Shown: positions 1 to 8,945 of the stretch, piece by piece
Numbering within the stretch: the stretch's first letter is position 1
Layout of the letters: each line of letters begins with the position of its first letter
Virus record (IMG/VR): IMGVR_UViG_3300033145_000849
Location: 32,001-96,000 of that record
From: a virus
DNA length: 64,000 nt
Strand: one strand, 5' to 3'
The notes under the pieces: model-generated
Seen by the model: the letters and a program-made list of their open reading frames with translations, nothing else
Told to the model about the DNA's origin: nothing
The model's database searches: none
Program-made: the position numbers and the translations under genes

Positions 1-809
1 TCTATGTTGGTTCCACCGCGCCACGCACTGTAAATCCCAGCGCGACCAGCAGTCTCTGGTCTTAGACTAACTAAAGCAAGGGAATTTGTAGTATTACCAG
101 ATCGTATAGTAGCAAAATCACCATCTGTTGCACCATTAAAATATTTTCCTGATCCACTGAGGTGTAAATAGGAGCCGCCAATTTGAAAAATTTGGGAACT
201 TAACTCTAGCTTAATATCGCCACCAAAGTTTGCTTCTCCAGTGCCTCTAAAAGTAACTATACGAACCCAAGATGCAGATGTACCGGGGCGCTGTACTCGT
301 GATAATATATTGATACCTGCCCATGGCGGATTGCCATCGGCGCCAGAACAAGTGATTAACCCCTCGAGTTCCCAATCTCTCGCTTCTCCAGTATGCCAAA
401 CAGAACCCTCTAGTGCTAATCCAGCTACCCATTGATTTAAACCAATTGTTGCGATGGTAGTATTTTGGTACGTTACAGAGCTTACTTTATAATCCTCGTT
501 AACATCGTCTTTCTTAAAAATAACATTACTACCATCAACATCAATTACATTTCCACTGATATATGCTGAATCAAGACTTACACCAGATGCAGTAGACCAG
601 TTTCCTTTACCATCTAAATATTCAGTAGTTACATTGCTTAGTTTAGGTAAAAGTCCATGAGCAGTAGTAGAAACATTTAGGTCAAGAATATCAGTAGCTG
701 GACCTAAAGTGTCAATTGCAATCGTATCGGCACCAGTCGACTCGTGAGTAGAAGCATGGTATCCAACTTCACTGCTTGCGCTGCTGCTTCTATGTGCAAA
801 GAATGCCAT
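1..809 (-). CDS. Tail fibre-like protein, partial (runs off the window start; missing from the ORF track)
   Basis: Manual translation from ATG at 809 is open to position 1: MAFFAHRSSSASSEVGYHASTHESTGAD...TTAHGLLPKLSNVTTEYLDGKGNW. HxxTHxxxGxD and HGLLPKL..YLDGxGxW are fibre-shaft-like motifs. GGGAG RBS upstream. Confidence 0.75.
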   Translation of the reverse strand, partial: MAFFAHRSSSASSEVGYHASTHESTGADTIAIDTLGPATDILDLNVSTTAHGLLPKLSNVTTEYLDGKGNWSTASGVSLDSAYISGNVIDVDGSNVIFKKDDVNEDYKVSSVTYQNTTIATIGLNQWVAGLALEGSVWHTGEARDWELEGLITCSGADGNPPWAGINILSRVQRPGTSASWVRIVTFRGTGEANFGGDIKLELSSQIFQIGGSYLHLSGSGKYFNGATDGDFATIRSGNTTNSLALVSLRPETAGRAGIYSAWRGGTNI

Positions 810-825
810 TAAACATCAATCTCCC

Positions 826-1275
826 TTATAATGAATCAAGTCTAGTAGCTACTAAAACACCAGAACTAGTAGACGCTCGTTCTATAGCAAAATAAGCTTC
901 GTTAACACCAGATACAGTAGCCAGTCTCCAAGTGTCTGCTAATAGACGAGAATTAGTTCTTGTACCTGTATTTAGAGTAATAGCAGAATTTCCTTGCTTA
1001 AGATAACAGTTCTCAGCACGAGCTTCTAGTTCAACAACAAAGGGATATCCAGCTGCAGCTAGTCCAGTAGTATCAAGTCTTCGTTCAATAGCATCAATAA
1101 GAACTTCTACAGAATCTCCTATAAGTAAAAAGTTATTAACATCTACAGTCAGACCAGCAGTAGTAACTTCAGCTCTAGTTTCTGTATCAGCATCTTTAAT
1201 CTCTACAGCGCCGATATTGGTATCGTACCCGCTTTCAATAACTACAGTGTCATTTTCTTGATCAATAAACGGCAT
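826..1275 (-). CDS. Hypothetical virion-associated protein (149 aa)
   Basis: ORF with GGGGA RBS, inside the structural operon. Confidence 0.7.
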   Translation of the reverse strand: MPFIDQENDTVVIESGYDTNIGAVEIKDADTETRAEVTTAGLTVDVNNFLLIGDSVEVLIDAIERRLDTTGLAAAGYPFVVELEARAENCYLKQGNSAITLNTGTRTNSRLLADTWRLATVSGVNEAYFAIERASTSSGVLVATRLDSL

Positions 1276-1287
1276 CTATGTTTCCCC

Positions 1288-1668
1288 CTAGCTTACAGTA
1301 ATCTTAAGGCCAGTAGATTTAGATATAATCTTAATATCATCAACTGGAAACTCAGTCCAAGTTTGAGAATTTCCAGATTCGATTATAATGTTTGGAACTG
1401 AAATATCTTCTATCTCGTCAGCCTCAATAGGACTTCGATGAAAAGCTGCATCTGGAATCCAATTATTACCAGCAGCTTCCTGGCTTTTGAAAATTTTTCT
1501 TCCAACATTAAAACGAATGATCGAACTTCCACCTATACTCTCTATAGTAACATGAGACGCTGGATGACCAAGAGACTCTGTTATTCCTAGAATATCGTCA
1601 TTGGTTAGCTCTGCAGGTACCCATTGTTGGTATTGAGCTTTATCTTTCGTGTTTTTAGTAAGCGACAT
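1288..1668 (-). CDS. Hypothetical virion-associated protein (126 aa)
   Basis: ORF with AAGGAG RBS, beta-rich composition. Confidence 0.7.
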   Translation of the reverse strand: MSLTKNTKDKAQYQQWVPAELTNDDILGITESLGHPASHVTIESIGGSSIIRFNVGRKIFKSQEAAGNNWIPDAAFHRSPIEADEIEDISVPNIIIESGNSQTWTEFPVDDIKIISKSTGLKITVS

Positions 1669-1686
1669 GTATATTTCTCCTTGTGG

Positions 1687-3300
1687 TTACCAAAGGGCAA
1701 CAATTAAACTATCAGTCAGATATCCACTAGCAAGAGTTAACGTGAAGGCATTAACACTTGTATGTTCCCATGAATGTGGAAATTCTCCAGAAGCAGACAC
1801 TGTAGGATTTATCTGAACCAATTGGACGATAGGATACGAATTTCTATTGTGAGTAACACTCCATGGACCTGGTCCAACAGCCGAGGTTTCTAATCTTCTG
1901 AAATGTTCTCCACCTATAGTAATGTCAGGGTTAGCCATCCAGCCTAAAGTGTCTTCTAGGTCACCTGCGTCTAATCTTGTTCCACTAGCAGTAACATGAA
2001 TAGTATCGGCCCAATGTTCTCGAGACGAAGGAGGATCACCAGCAAGTGGATCTTGTTTATGGTCTGAGAGAGCAGAATCTAGGTTTCCAATAGAAGTTTC
2101 TAAAGAATTTCCGTTAGTTACATATACTGTACTAGAATAAGTTGGTGTAGAATCACTCATGCTACTTTGACCAACAAAGGTACGGGTGTTAGTTATAGCG
2201 GTAACCATAACACCAGAGAAAGCTGCTAGAGCTACATCGATTTCATCTACAGCTGTTTCAAGACTGTCTCCATCAGAGATATAGTTCTCTCCAATATAGG
2301 AGGGGCTATCGTCCGTATGGCTCGTTTGTCCAGTAAAGTCCCTAACTGCATCCATAGCAACTGTAAGGTCTTCTACATCGTCAAAATGATAACCCCAGGG
2401 ATTGCCAGCTGCTTTGGTTCCAGAGCCAGCTGTGCTGGTTAGAAGTTCTTCTAGGCTAGTTGCTCCAGCAACATATAGAGCAGTATTAGCATCTGTCCAA
2501 CTACCTACACTGGCATGTCTTAGAACGTGAATCTGTGTTCTGATTTGGTCTAAATCGTCTTCTAAATCAGCAGGGACGCCACCATAAGTATCGTCTCCAG
2601 GAGCAGTTGTGCCTACATCAGATTGAGCAAGAGTAACACTGCCAACATGATCTACAACAATATCAGTATTCCAATCTCCATTATGGATCTGGAGTAGAGC
2701 ATCAACCATGTCCCTAACGGAATAGGTAAGATCGGCATATCCATCGTAACCAAGATTATAAGAACCTTCATCATAGAGGTCCTTGGCAAGCTGAAGAACG
2801 TTAAAACGACTATTCTCAGACTTGGTATCTAGACTATCGGCAGAAGAATCGATTGTAGCGTCAAAGATATTATCACCAATAGCAGTCTTCTCAGCAGCAG
2901 TAAGGCCACTAGCAAGCTCGGCAACATCCTCTAATACTTGAGCAATCTGAGTAGTTAGACTAGTGTAGACATCATCGAATGCTTCCTTAACCGTAACGGG
3001 TCGAGCATTAGTACTGTCGTAGTAAGAGAGATCGTCCGAGGTTGATACAACATCTTTATCAACCCATAGATTATTGCCATCTAGACCGTTAGCAAAGGCA
3101 TCTATTGAAGTATCATCCACTCCATTAGGTAGACCAAGTATAATTGGGGCTAGTTTATTATTCCATTCTAGAGTTAAAGAAGAGAGATCATTGGCTATTT
3201 CCTCAGCACTATCGTTCCAGGAATCAGAAGAAGTAGGACCGGTTCTAGGAGCCGATCTCACACTATATGTAAAATTGAGATCATTCAGTTTTTTTGCCAA
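1687..3300 (-). CDS. Acidic structural/fibre-like protein (537 aa) with an internal ~50-aa tandem repeat
   Basis: TTG start after GAGGAG. N-terminal SSDSWND..EEIANDL helix resembles neighbouring baseplate proteins. C-terminus WSVTHNRNSYPIVQ is fibre-like. Confidence 0.7.
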   Translation of the reverse strand: MAKKLNDLNFTYSVRSAPRTGPTSSDSWNDSAEEIANDLSSLTLEWNNKLAPIILGLPNGVDDTSIDAFANGLDGNNLWVDKDVVSTSDDLSYYDSTNARPVTVKEAFDDVYTSLTTQIAQVLEDVAELASGLTAAEKTAIGDNIFDATIDSSADSLDTKSENSRFNVLQLAKDLYDEGSYNLGYDGYADLTYSVRDMVDALLQIHNGDWNTDIVVDHVGSVTLAQSDVGTTAPGDDTYGGVPADLEDDLDQIRTQIHVLRHASVGSWTDANTALYVAGATSLEELLTSTAGSGTKAAGNPWGYHFDDVEDLTVAMDAVRDFTGQTSHTDDSPSYIGENYISDGDSLETAVDEIDVALAAFSGVMVTAITNTRTFVGQSSMSDSTPTYSSTVYVTNGNSLETSIGNLDSALSDHKQDPLAGDPPSSREHWADTIHVTASGTRLDAGDLEDTLGWMANPDITIGGEHFRRLETSAVGPGPWSVTHNRNSYPIVQLVQINPTVSASGEFPHSWEHTSVNAFTLTLASGYLTDSLIVALW

Positions 3301-3317
3301 TGTGAAACTCCTCTTGA

Positions 3318-5516
3318 CTAGCTGCTTATTTTAATCCTATAACTATCTAGTTCTGGTGTAATGTTAGGATCTGTAGTTTGTAAAACTGCCTTAAATCTCA
3401 AATACTTATATAAAGTATTGGCTGATTTAAACTTCATAGTATATTTCTCATTCATAAAGTCTGAGTTATTCTCATTAACCTTTACTAAAAAGACATTCAT
3501 TGGTCCCTGCTCATCAGTATCAGCTACACCATCTGTTGTTCTTCCAGTATCTCTTGCATCTGTGTCAATTGCAAATTTGCTATAGTCATCAATAGGTACG
3601 TTGTGAATCATATCAAAAACGCTGACTTCTTTCATAAAATGCTCAGCAACAATATCAAACCCTTTATATATCTCTTCATCGTCTTCTGGATAGGCACTTG
3701 GATAAGAAAAGCCTTCTACTAAGTATCTATGATTATAAGGATATAGACCGTCTTCTGTTTTGAGATCATCTAAATTTGCAACTCCAGATGTGTCTATTAC
3801 TTTCCAATTGTCTTTATGAATAAAAACCTTATGTCTTCCTCTGGCTATATTGGCTTTACCGGGCTGGCCAACTTCGTCTATAATAGCAGCCTTTGCACCG
3901 AAATCAATATCCATCCCTGTGGGGTTATCGACGTAAACCGTTGTTTTATAATAGGGATCTTCAAATCCCCAACCATTAGAATAATCTCTAACCTTTACGG
4001 TACTACCCTGAGTATTTACATTTCTCCATAGTTCAAGGGTGTTTTGAGCAATAGTTATATTATTGGGATTCATTTGGTGGTCAAGAATACGGTCGTTATT
4101 ATTATAGAAAGAGTACCTGACCTCAGAAGCTAGACCAGAAGCAGTAACAGCTGCAGCTCCACTAATAGACTGAACCATAGTAAGGCTCTTGTCAGGATTC
4201 ATAAACTTCTCTGTTGCAGGAGCAGATCCATAAGAGGAGTTATATGAAGGAGCTATATTTTCTATGGTAATAGTGTCTAAGTCTCCAAAGTCTAAGACAG
4301 TTGGCTTTGTAGGATTGTCTCTGTTCTCTGGATCTATAGGAGTAAAAATGGCGGTTGATATTGGTATAGTAGATTCGGTAGAAGCTGTTACAAAGTAACT
4401 AATAGAGGTGCCAGCAGGTATGTTTTCACATATCTCTAAAGCTATCTTGCTGAACTCATCAGACTGGCCATCTATATCTAGGACAGACAAAGATTGTGAA
4501 ATAAAGTTGACATCCGTGTTCTCAGTAAAGCCTTCATTGTAAAATGATATTTCATCCATGCCAAATTCATAAAGGTATTCATTATGCTGAAGTGCGTCAT
4601 AGCCGGTTTTGGTCATAATGAACTTTACATACTTAGCAGTGACTGGGGTGAACTGAAAAGTAGACTTGTCTACTAAGTTTCTAGTGAAAGAATCTGTAGG
4701 CAACTGAAGCCAATTATAGTTATCAGTTGAATACATAGGAGTAATCTGCACAGAACTATTAGTATTGGACATATGTAAGTCGATATCAATACGTGAAATC
4801 TCATGTTCTTTTCCAAAGAGAATCTTAAGCTCAGCAGTAACAGGCGAGGGTTGATTCATATATACCCTTTCCTGGTAATAATTAGTGGCGTCACTGACTG
4901 CATACTTTGGTCTAGAACCTTCTGCTTCCACCTTAGATTTCCAATTGTTTTTACTTAAGACATAGAACTCCACATCTTTGTCTTCTAAATTCTCTAGGTT
5001 GACCCTGGTTGCACCAATAGAAGAGGTTCCAATCTGAACAATACCTTTGTCTATATTGACATAGGCAGTAGAATTCGTGAGGTCTGTCTTGGATGTATCT
5101 ACAAAGTTGTCTTGTATGAAGTTGAAGTATCCAGCTGTATCTTCTGACAGAAGCAAGAGAGAGGTAATCTTCTCTTCTAGATTATTGAGACGAGTTTCCA
5201 GAAGTCTAGATTCGTCCCTCCATCTGTTAAAGTTTTTAATAGACTGATCTGAAACCTTGAAAAGATGTCGATATAAGACCTGTAGGTCTCTTAACACATC
5301 GGAATTAGTAGTGTTATATAGACTAGAACTAGAAGAAGTGTTCTCTGCTACCAGGTAGTTCTTGGCTATAAATAAAGCTTTGCTAATATCGTTGGTCTCT
5401 TCAAACTCATCAAATCGATCCTCAATCTCAGTAGAAGAAGGATTTTCACCTTCTGCTAGGATCTCTCGGATAATCTGTTCAACTAAATATTCAGCATAGG
5501 TATTTCTAATTGGCAT
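3318..5516 (-). CDS. Baseplate/tail structural protein (732 aa), with a probable jelly-roll (discoidin-like) central domain
   Basis: N-terminal coiled coil, QFTPVTAKYVKFIM motif, C-terminal YLRFKAVL..TPELDSYRIK. Paralogous to 5516-8668 and 8945-10993. Confidence 0.7.
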   Translation of the reverse strand: MPIRNTYAEYLVEQIIREILAEGENPSSTEIEDRFDEFEETNDISKALFIAKNYLVAENTSSSSSLYNTTNSDVLRDLQVLYRHLFKVSDQSIKNFNRWRDESRLLETRLNNLEEKITSLLLLSEDTAGYFNFIQDNFVDTSKTDLTNSTAYVNIDKGIVQIGTSSIGATRVNLENLEDKDVEFYVLSKNNWKSKVEAEGSRPKYAVSDATNYYQERVYMNQPSPVTAELKILFGKEHEISRIDIDLHMSNTNSSVQITPMYSTDNYNWLQLPTDSFTRNLVDKSTFQFTPVTAKYVKFIMTKTGYDALQHNEYLYEFGMDEISFYNEGFTENTDVNFISQSLSVLDIDGQSDEFSKIALEICENIPAGTSISYFVTASTESTIPISTAIFTPIDPENRDNPTKPTVLDFGDLDTITIENIAPSYNSSYGSAPATEKFMNPDKSLTMVQSISGAAAVTASGLASEVRYSFYNNNDRILDHQMNPNNITIAQNTLELWRNVNTQGSTVKVRDYSNGWGFEDPYYKTTVYVDNPTGMDIDFGAKAAIIDEVGQPGKANIARGRHKVFIHKDNWKVIDTSGVANLDDLKTEDGLYPYNHRYLVEGFSYPSAYPEDDEEIYKGFDIVAEHFMKEVSVFDMIHNVPIDDYSKFAIDTDARDTGRTTDGVADTDEQGPMNVFLVKVNENNSDFMNEKYTMKFKSANTLYKYLRFKAVLQTTDPNITPELDSYRIKISS

Positions 5517-8500
5517 TATACTAACCTGCTTTTGGTTATAATCTTGAGAGAATAGTCCTTAAGCACTGGGGAAAAGAAGGGTTCTAGTTCGGAGATATCT
5601 GGCCGAGTTGATGCGACATAGTCATATGATACCTGATAGTATCTATTTACCTTTCCACCAGTGGTCAGGGGAGTGTTCATACTCTTAATAATCTCTCTAT
5701 CGTTAATAGTAATCTTATTGTTTCCTTGGTCTAGGGTCCAGTCATCTTCTTCAACTTCTCTGGCAATATTATACTTGGCTCTGATGTCTGTATATTCATA
5801 CATTACAGTAATTCCAGCTACTGTAGTATCATTTAAGAAGACTTCTCCAGTAGTATAATTGATAGAATAGGCTCCGGTTAAGTTAATCTGAGGATTTACG
5901 TAATAATAACTGACATATCCAGGATCAGCTATAGGAACAGCCGCTGGATCTGCCCAATAGATGATTTGGCTATTTAGTCTATCTATAAAATAGTCCCCTG
6001 TAGCCACCACGTCGATCGCTACGGTCTTTTCATCAGTAAACACTAGCTGGCTAGTCAAATCTACAGAAAAGCTGTTGTCGTTGATTACAGTAAGCTTAAA
6101 GGGTATAGAGATAGCCTCTCCCCCAACGATTATCGGGTCTAACTGTTCCTTAGCATATACTGCTCCAAGAAGCTCAGTTCTACCATCGATAAAGTCCCGC
6201 TTTAAGTCTAGTACGTCGGTGATGTTCCCAGAAAAAACTACTGTTCCCTTAACTGGAGCTAAGTTCGCTAAATTAAAGTACTTTACCCCAGTAGGGACTG
6301 TTTCGGAATCTTTTATTTCAAAGGTCTGAAAAGCATTATTGCTAATAGAAATAGAATTAGCTACTCCACCGTCACTTATGAAGCTCCAATCATTCTCAGT
6401 TAAAGTGGTTCGTGGACGATAAAAATAGGTAACGGTACTGTCATAGGTAACTCTAGTCCTGTTCTCTGAATATAGAACCCCATTAGTAAAGTCTAAAGAG
6501 TACTCATTGTGCCCAATATCTTGGAACTCAGATGAGCCATCTACAAAATTGACTCCACTCTGAAATGTACTTGTATCTGAAAAAGAGATAGGATAATCGG
6601 TTGAGTCATCAATAATATCCTCTTCCAAGGAGTGCCTAACAGCTCCCTTGTCAAGAACTTCTGTTTTAATTTCAATAGGATGGACCACCTGGATCGTCAT
6701 ATTCTTCTGGTCATTTGAACAAGGATATTCTAAAGGTGAGATATGGTCGACTCCTATACCTGGAGAGAGCCTTTCTTCATTAAGAGTCATTGAAACAATA
6801 GAAGAAGAAGGAGGGGCCTTGCCAGTAGTTCCATCCCCAAACTCTAAGGTAGCCTCATTGAAGTTAATAGCATAATGAAGATCAGTTGAAGCACTGTCTG
6901 AAGTTAGATTCCTGGTCCATAACTGACCACCTATATAGATGTTCTGAGCATCTTCTTCGTCAAGATACCAATAGCCACCTGATTCAACCTTGGCCAGGTT
7001 GCGCTTGAAAGGTTTGAAGGGAAGATGATATTTTTGACCAGCAGCATTACCTACAGCTATATTATATTGAACTTCATCTTTACCTCGACTACCAAAAGAT
7101 GGATCAATTATCTTTGTTGTTCCATCTACAGGAGTTTCTTCTAGGGTAATATTGAAAGGAGTAGTAGATGGAGGTGTATGTAGCTCCGTCTTAGAACTAA
7201 TGTCTTGAGCTAGTTCGTCAGAGTCTCCAGTGAAGGCGTCTGTAAATCTCTCAAGTGTTGCTTTATACCTTAAGGAGAAGACAGGATTGGCCGTTTCTAT
7301 TGCTTTCTCTGACACTCCATTGAAATCAAGAAGCTCTGGAATCTCTTGTATTACATTAGCAAGACCTACTGATTCTTTTGGTCTAATCTGATGCCAGGTA
7401 ACTCCATTGTCAGGGGAAACAAAATGAGAAATAGAAGCTAATTTAGATACGGTATTAGAATCCGGTTTTTGATTGCTCTGTAAAACAACCTTTTTAATCT
7501 CGTCTTTTACCTGATATTCAGCAGAAATCATTTCACCTTTGTTTAAGTAAGGAATGCTTTGAATTTCTACATCTTTAATACCAATAGCATAACGAAGCTT
7601 TGAGACGTCTCCTTCTGCAACAATAGGATAGACACTTTCCTGTCTCAATGTTAGATGGAGATACTTTGCCTTTCTTGGAGTAAAAGTATATAGACCTTGA
7701 CCAGCATACTTAGAAGTACTGGGAGCTAAAGTAAATTCATTCTTTTCATCTTCAGCAGTGAATCCAGCAATAGGAATATCGTCCTTGATACTAACAAAAT
7801 TTTTACCATCAACAGATGTGTCAATTGCTAAGATTTCTATCTGGGTTTTAGCTCCAAAATTATTAGGATTGACCCTAACAAAATTGACAATCTTCTCATC
7901 ACCTAAGTTGATAGTAAAATTTAAGACAAGAGGAATTCCGTCATCTTTTTTTGCTGGTAAAACACGTTCATACTCAAACCAAGTATCAGCATTATTGTCT
8001 AGTATGGTTGACATGTCACCATTGTGATCAGCACCAAACTCTTGATTATTACCACGAACTCCATTGCTGTTAGAGTTGATTACTGGTACTTCAGTTGGAG
8101 TAATAGCTACCTGAACTGACCTGTTGGCAGGTAGGGTAATTATACCTTCGACTTGATTTATCTCAGCTTGAGTCGAATTTAGAAGAGGAGTATTAAATTG
8201 TATTCTATTCATATTGTTAAAAGAATCACCAAAGAAGATAGCATCTTTAGTTGAAAGATCTGAGAAGAGAATAAAATCTGCCAATTTAGAAGATACAGAT
8301 TTCATCTTTCTATTCAGTCTATTTAAACGAGACGACATATAGTTAAAGTTACCAAGGACAACTCCCTCTAAGTTTTCAAACTCAGAGAAAACAACATTTA
8401 AATCGTCCCTTATCTCTTCAAAATTACTATTGAAATCAACTGGATCAGGAACTGTATTAGCAATAGTATCAGCTGGAGTGAACGATGGTTCAGATAAGTC

Positions 8501-8668
8501 TTTGTAAAACTTGCTTAATATCTTAATAGACTCGCCAACAATCTGCTCCATAGTATTCAGGTCTGGATTGACGCCTGTGGGATGGGCATCTTTTTGCAGA
8601 CGAATAGCTAGCTTGGCTAGCTTGTTCCTCAAGAGCATACTGGTTTCTGGCGTAGTGTGCTTATTCAT
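5516..8668 (-). CDS. Large baseplate/tail structural protein (1050 aa)
   Basis: Same architecture as its neighbours (FNSNFEEIRDDL helix, ILDNNADTWF, FTPRKAKYLHL, C-terminal SPVLKDYSLK), plus repeated Y-x-I/L-D/N-x3-G modules. Confidence 0.7.
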   Translation of the reverse strand: MNKHTTPETSMLLRNKLAKLAIRLQKDAHPTGVNPDLNTMEQIVGESIKILSKFYKDLSEPSFTPADTIANTVPDPVDFNSNFEEIRDDLNVVFSEFENLEGVVLGNFNYMSSRLNRLNRKMKSVSSKLADFILFSDLSTKDAIFFGDSFNNMNRIQFNTPLLNSTQAEINQVEGIITLPANRSVQVAITPTEVPVINSNSNGVRGNNQEFGADHNGDMSTILDNNADTWFEYERVLPAKKDDGIPLVLNFTINLGDEKIVNFVRVNPNNFGAKTQIEILAIDTSVDGKNFVSIKDDIPIAGFTAEDEKNEFTLAPSTSKYAGQGLYTFTPRKAKYLHLTLRQESVYPIVAEGDVSKLRYAIGIKDVEIQSIPYLNKGEMISAEYQVKDEIKKVVLQSNQKPDSNTVSKLASISHFVSPDNGVTWHQIRPKESVGLANVIQEIPELLDFNGVSEKAIETANPVFSLRYKATLERFTDAFTGDSDELAQDISSKTELHTPPSTTPFNITLEETPVDGTTKIIDPSFGSRGKDEVQYNIAVGNAAGQKYHLPFKPFKRNLAKVESGGYWYLDEEDAQNIYIGGQLWTRNLTSDSASTDLHYAINFNEATLEFGDGTTGKAPPSSSIVSMTLNEERLSPGIGVDHISPLEYPCSNDQKNMTIQVVHPIEIKTEVLDKGAVRHSLEEDIIDDSTDYPISFSDTSTFQSGVNFVDGSSEFQDIGHNEYSLDFTNGVLYSENRTRVTYDSTVTYFYRPRTTLTENDWSFISDGGVANSISISNNAFQTFEIKDSETVPTGVKYFNLANLAPVKGTVVFSGNITDVLDLKRDFIDGRTELLGAVYAKEQLDPIIVGGEAISIPFKLTVINDNSFSVDLTSQLVFTDEKTVAIDVVATGDYFIDRLNSQIIYWADPAAVPIADPGYVSYYYVNPQINLTGAYSINYTTGEVFLNDTTVAGITVMYEYTDIRAKYNIAREVEEDDWTLDQGNNKITINDREIIKSMNTPLTTGGKVNRYYQVSYDYVASTRPDISELEPFFSPVLKDYSLKIITKSRLV

Positions 8669-8675
8669 CTATTAA

Positions 8676-8945
8676 TTATTCTACCTCTGCAGCAAATTTT
8701 CCTCTAAACTCCTCAAGGACTTTCATAAGAACATCAATCTTAGCAAGAGCTTCTTTGCCTTCAGATGCTTCTGAAAAGCTTAGATGAATCCTAAAGTTAT
8801 TGTCGTCATAACCATCAGCTCGACCTAGAACTAGGTTAGCATAAACCCAGCTATCTTCTTCATCTTTAGATACTCTTGCCATAACAAAAGCATCTTCGTC
8901 TCCTTTTTCACTAAGAAACTTTTTGGTAATATACATTTTTGCCAT
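8676..8945 (-). CDS. Small charged hypothetical protein (89 aa)
   Basis: Its ATG overlaps the upstream stop (TAATG); GGAG RBS. Confidence 0.7.
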   Translation of the reverse strand: MAKMYITKKFLSEKGDEDAFVMARVSKDEEDSWVYANLVLGRADGYDDNNFRIHLSFSEASEGKEALAKIDVLMKVLEEFRGKFAAEVE

